Positions 59,032 through 64,000 of a stretch of DNA of 64,000 nt are shown here, in pieces; the first letter of the stretch is position 1; every line of letters starts with the position of its first letter. Source of the stretch: Dimorphilus gyrociliatus (lineage: Eukaryota > Animalia > Annelida). The stretch spans positions 1,426,968 to 1,490,967 of the forward strand of contig CAJFCJ010000009.1 of the NCBI GenBank assembly GCA_904063045.1, written 5' to 3'. The position numbers were made by a program, and so were the translations under genes. A model generated the notes under the pieces. The model did no database searches and was not told the DNA's origin. It was given only the letters and a program-made list of their open reading frames with translations.

Positions 59032-59704
59032 GATACACATCTTGTTGAGATTTTCTCTAGTGACAGACTATTACTCTATGTATGCTAATATATACTTATT
59101 CTATTATTTTTTGTGTTAAACAATCAATATTCTTTGTAAATACATTACTCAAGATATATATAATGTTGCGATATAATTGTTTATAGACTTTGTCTATTGT
59201 ACACGTTCAGTATTTAAGCGTATATTTTATGGGTTTTTAACATAGATATTGATTAGCTTTATTTCAGTATATTAGTCCATACAGTATTAACATTTTCAAC
59301 CCTTGAAGGTATTGGTTTTTTTTTTGCTGATTAATTGAGGCTAATGGAGAAGAAGACGAATTGTCCTACGGATATCCAACTTTATTATATTACTTGTAAT
59401 TTCACTCTCACGTAATTAGTGTTTTTTTCTCCCAGATATTTCCCTTTTTTGTATATTTAGTGTAAATTCTGTATTCTATGTTGGCTCAGAGAGTCAAAAA
59501 ATAAACAAGACTGTATTTTATATACTAAAGAACTTTTCGATATATCGGAGAAAACGGGTAGAAGTTTTTATATCACTTTCTTGTGAATAATATCGAAAAC
59601 AAAAGACAAAAAAAATTAACTAATATTTTAAAGGTGCAAATAGTTCCTGTTAGAGTTAATTACAAAGAAATGGACATACTTGGAAATTTAAAAAAACACA
59701 GGAA

Positions 59705-59770
59705 GTCACGTGATGTGTAAAAATTGAGTATCACGTGACCTACATACTAGACAAGGTGACCAAACACGTG
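59705..59770. promoter_or_regulatory. E-box cluster upstream of TOMM22
   Basis: GTCACGTGAT at 59705, ATCACGTGAC at 59730 and CACGTG near 59765, all within about 110 nt of the ATG. Confidence 0.65.
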
Positions 59771-59811
59771 CTTTTGGAATTATATACCCATCATACTGAT
59801 TAGGAATAATT

Positions 59812-60368
59812 ATGGATATTGACGAACAAACTCTAGCAACTCCTGGCAAGGAACAGCTTTCCACTGTTGACCAATCTGCTGGAGATATGCCTTCTTTGGC
59901 GCCTATTCACCATCCTCAAAAAGTCCCCGGCGAAGAGGAAGAGGAGGAAGAGGTTAAATGAAAAATTTTCAATAGTTAAATGTATTAATTATGTAAAAAA
60001 AATTGCAGTTCATAGACGAAACTTTAGCGGAACGTTTGTGGGGTCTAACTGAAATGTTTCCCGAGCGTGTTAGAACATTTGCTGATGTATCAACTAAAAT
60101 AACCTGGGCAACAAGCAAATTTTTCTATTCAAAAGCCACTTACTTATCTTGGTTTATAGCTTCTAGTGCATGTATTATGGCTCTACCCGTTATGATTGAA
60201 AGTGAAAGAGCCCAAATGGAAGAACAGCATTTACAGCAGCAACGTCAAGTGCGTTTTTCCTATAGTAAAATTTTCATGCAATAACATTTTTCAACCCCCC
60301 CCCAACAGATCCTATTAGGACCTAGCGCCGTTTCAAGTCAATCGAAAATGCCACAGTTTGCCCAGTAA
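59812..60368 (+). CDS. TOMM22: Mitochondrial import receptor subunit TOM22
   Basis: Acidic N-terminus, DETLAERLWGLTEMFPE, TM segment with ALPVMIESERAQMEEQ, and a final exon QILLGP. Three exons. Confidence 0.95.
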
Positions 60369-60784
60369 ATTCACTCTAATAGTATATTGAACATCTTCTA
60401 GATTCTAGACTTTCATATACATTTGATAGCTGCTAATTGGCTGGTTATCTTAAGTTAAATCAGAATCTATGCATTGGCATAGTAGGGAAAATGAAATGTA
60501 AAAACAAAATGTGTATAATTTACTAGCAAACCGTCAGTAAAAGATCAATACTGTATATAGGTATTATGTGACTTTTTCTTGTAATAAAGTTATTTTTAAT
60601 GCTGACTTGAATTAAACATTTCGGATGAATCCAATAAAAATCTACCAATGAGTTTATTTAGTTTTTATCAAAAGCAGAAAACTCATAGATCAACAGTGTC
60701 AACAAATAGCTAAACAAACACAGTCGGAATGTGAAACTATACTTACTTTTATTAAAAACATATACAGTTATAAATTTTCAAAGT

Positions 60785-63266
60785 CTAATCGTCCAATTCA
60801 AACATAATTTCATTGGTTAATTCTACTGCTGAAGCAGTTTTATGATCCATGTCGTTTATTGAAACTTGATTAGCTTCAACAGTTTTCTCATTGGCAGTAG
60901 TCGATTCTTTGTCATTAGTTTCTTTATCTTTTTTATTTTTAGACTTTTTCTTCTTTTTCTTTCTGGAGCGTTCTTTCGAAGGGTTATCGCTGTCTATACT
61001 CTGTTCAGAAGAATGAATGTCAGGATATTTCTTGGTCTGATTTCTATTATGCGGTCTTTCTAAACTAGAGTCATCTGCTGACAACGATCGGCGAAGGTCT
61101 CCATTTAAGTGATGATCTGTTTCAAGTTCTGATGAGCTTACAGTTTCTCCTGAAGAGTGACGTCTCCTTTTATCCTTACCTTCTTCGCGCTTTCGGGCTT
61201 TCTTTTTTCTGTTCATTAAAGTCTTATGTAGTTGAGCAACAGAAGAATTTTGCTTGTAGCTTTGCTCTTCGACTTGGTCACTAAATGAAACAGATTTTTG
61301 CCTTGTACGAGGTCTCGGGGATAGATCAAGCTCTACGTCCGGTGTAGCGGGGAGAGATCCAGACAGGCAAGAGCTGGTAAGAGAACTTTCTAAGCTCGAT
61401 TCTGAAATCGAACGAGACCTCTCAGTTTTTAAAATACCATGGGTAGAACCTTTTCTTATATCTGCCTTCGTAAGAGAATTTTTGTCATCAACAGCAAACT
61501 TTAAGTAGTTTTCATCCTCTTCAGTAAGAGTTAAATTTTCCATATCTAATTCAGTTGAAGCTGAAAGCTCTTCAACTTCCTTGACTAAATTCTCCTCAGT
61601 TTGAAAATTGTTTTCTTCGTAATTTTCATCGTTTCCTCCGCAAACAAGTAACTTTGACAGTTGTCTATCAGTTGTCTTGAAAATGATAACGACTAAATTA
61701 TCTGAGTTGACATCTAGAACTGTTTTATCGGGTATTATAGTTTCCTCGAATTTCGCTTTAAACCTATAATGTAAAACATTAAAACAAATTAGGAAAAAGG
61801 CTTATATTTCTGTTTACTTACAGATATTTAATAGGAAATCCTCCTTCTCCTAGAGTGTGAAATTTCACAGTGATGTTGTTATCACCAACCTCTTTTTCTA
61901 AGGAATCTTTCTCTATATTACGGTGATTGAAGATGAATGTTACCACATGTGAGGTTTGGTTTACTTTAAATTCCGGTTTAACAAAGATGGAGGGTTTTTC
62001 AAAGGTGGTGGCTGATGTATCTTCCTTGGCTTTTTTCTCGACAATATCCTTTTTTTCACTTTCTTCTACTTTCTGAGCTTCCCTTTGTTCTGATTCGCCC
62101 ACCATTGCGTCTATCGAACCTTCATTATTAGCTTCCGTCACCTCTTCGACGCTTGTTGCATTTTGTGGAATTTTATCTTCAACCAAAGGTAAAACATGAA
62201 GAGTAATTGACAGAGTCGTTTTGCTTTTATCAAATTTGGCTGATCCTTCATTCTCATCAACAGGATAGGGTAATTGAACTTCTAGCTTATATTTAGCGGG
62301 AGATTCTGATTGTAAAAGTAATTTTCTTTCGAAAATATTCAAATCAACAGGCTTAGAAGATTTTAAAAGTGGCAAATGTATATTAACGATTAACTTGTCT
62401 GGACGATTTTGAATCGATACCGGGGAATTTGTATATTTTTGTAAATCCATGTTGCTGCTATGCTTAATAGTATATTTTGGTTTTGTATATTCAGAATCGT
62501 CAGCTTCTTGAGTTCTGACTTGTTCTTTCTTTGAATCTTTGTTGGTTTTCAAGTTTTTTTCTTGTTCTTGCGCCAATTCGGCACTCGACTTTTCTCCGTA
62601 TGGATATGGAAAATGTGGAATACCATCAGTGCTTTTCGGTCCGTTCTTCGAAGCTTCAAAATCGTCTTTCTTTTTCCTTATAACTGTGGCTGTAGGAGTA
62701 CCCTTATACTTGATATTATTTAATTCTTTAATGTTTTTCAAGTCTATAACAGCACCAAGTTTTTCTTTAATACCTTCAAAAGCAGTTTGTTTAACAATTT
62801 CTTTAAATTTAACGTTAGTTTCAGCCATTCTTATACTATCAGGATGATAAACAACATCAAATATTGTGCATAATTTACCGTCCTTGTCGGAATTATCTCT
62901 TACAGGGGACAGACTATATGGGATTGACCATGAAACTCCCCCTACTTCTCTTGTTGGCTTTGGTCTTTCGATGTTTTCATTACTACATATGTTTATATAA
63001 GCAGTCTTCTTGCCATTAACGGTTGTCTTCATTACAAAGCTTTCTTTTGGATGTACAAATTGAACATCCATACCTCGCTCTTTTTCCATTTGGGCTATTT
63101 CTTCTTCATACTTTTTCCTATTTTCAGGGTCGGCAATTTCACTAGCATACTCAACAAACATCTTTCGAAACTCTTCGTTTTTAAAAGCATTTGTAAACCT
63201 GTCAACCTCATCCTTCGTTAAATCTAGTTTCTCAAACGTTTCTTTCAAGTGCTCTGTAGCCGCCAT
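60785..63266 (-). CDS. DNAAF2: Protein kintoun / dynein axonemal assembly factor 2 (PIH1 domain)
   Basis: Likely ATG at 63266 (aaaATGGCG). LTKDEVDRFTNAFKNEEFRKMFVEYASEIADPENRKKYEEEI, WSIPYSLSP, YPVDENEGSAKFDK and a C-terminal VELTNEIMFELD. Two exons. Confidence 0.95.
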
Positions 63267-63394
63267 TTTGTGACGTCTGCTAGAAAGGAATTTCTCGAAA
63301 GATCGCCGTAGTAATGGTAAACAAAAAATCGAATCAGTTGAAATATTTGGATTAAACACACCCAAAAGATTTATACGATATATTATATCAAAAT
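63267..63394. promoter_or_regulatory. Very short bidirectional promoter (DNAAF2 / TMEM138) with forkhead-type GTAAACA at 63317-63323
   Basis: 128 nt between the divergent ATGs of two cilia genes. Confidence 0.6.
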
Positions 63395-63950
63395 ATGAAT
63401 GTCGCACGTTACAGACCAGTTTTATATATGCAATATCTCCTTCTTTTTGTTGATATTTTTATGAATACTTTCTCAAGTTTATTAAGATTCCAAAATGTTG
63501 TACTATTAGTTCTATATGTGTAAGTTTTTTTAATTATATATTAAAATAATTGATTAATTATGAATTAATGCCTATTTTTCATTCCTAAATAGAGTTCAAG
63601 ACATCGGTATTATATTTCAAGTGATTATTATTTTTCTACTCTTCTTCAATACATTCATCTTCCAGGCCGGTTTGGTGAATATTCTTATTAGCAAATTTAA
63701 AATGCCTATTCTGGCAAGTGTAACTTATCTGGCCCTATGCATTGCGTTACACGTTTGGGGTTTAACTCAACGATGGGATGATCCAAAGAAAGTACTAGAT
63801 GGGGCTGGTTTTCAAGTACTATTTGTTTTCCAAAGAACTGGTGCTGTGATATACTACTTTTTTTACAAAAGAACCGCCCTAAGATTGGCAGATCCTAGAT
63901 TTTACGAAGATTCTGAATGGATTGGTAGAGAATTTGAAAAAAGACAATGA
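63395..63950 (+). CDS. TMEM138: Transmembrane protein 138 (ciliary)
   Basis: Exon 1 is MNVARYRPVLYMQYLLLFVDIFMNTFS. Exon 2 gives VQDIGII, FFNTFIFQAGLV, LFVFQR and YKRTALRLADPRFYEDSEW. Confidence 0.93.
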
Positions 63951-64000
63951 AACTAGAGCTTTTTAGAGCAAGATATATTGTATAGATTGTTGTATAAAGA

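Noticed and set aside
63267-63407. 47-aa N-terminal extension of DNAAF2 in the ORF track
   Set aside because: It begins at a non-ATG codon and overlaps the TMEM138 start. The ATG at 63266 matches the usual kintoun N-terminus.

Overview
This is AT-rich, gene-dense eukaryotic nuclear DNA with many short GT-AG introns (often 55-100 nt). The gene set points to an invertebrate animal with a compact genome and motile cilia; a lophotrochozoan is my guess only. About 21 protein-coding genes can be assembled by hand from the ORF track plus splice sites. Confidently recognised: GRAMD1/Aster, IARS2, an ADAM10-like protease, an ARHGAP11-like RhoGAP, POFUT1, an ADCY1/rutabaga-like adenylyl cyclase, DNAAF5, NUP107, SLC37A3, TOMM22, DNAAF2 and TMEM138. 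I found no rRNA, tRNA, CRISPR array or intact transposon. The most unusual items are: (1) an in-frame fusion of a C18orf32/UPF0729-like membrane anchor to a CSFC glutaredoxin ending in KKxx; (2) a 7TM receptor-like exon that can splice in frame onto an otherwise headless pseudokinase; (3) two antisense nested genes, one filling about 95% of an IARS2 intron; (4) a signal-peptide-bearing PrpE/Ppn2-like phosphoesterase; (5) three cilia genes within 14 kb. Exon structures were derived by eye and need RNA-seq confirmation.
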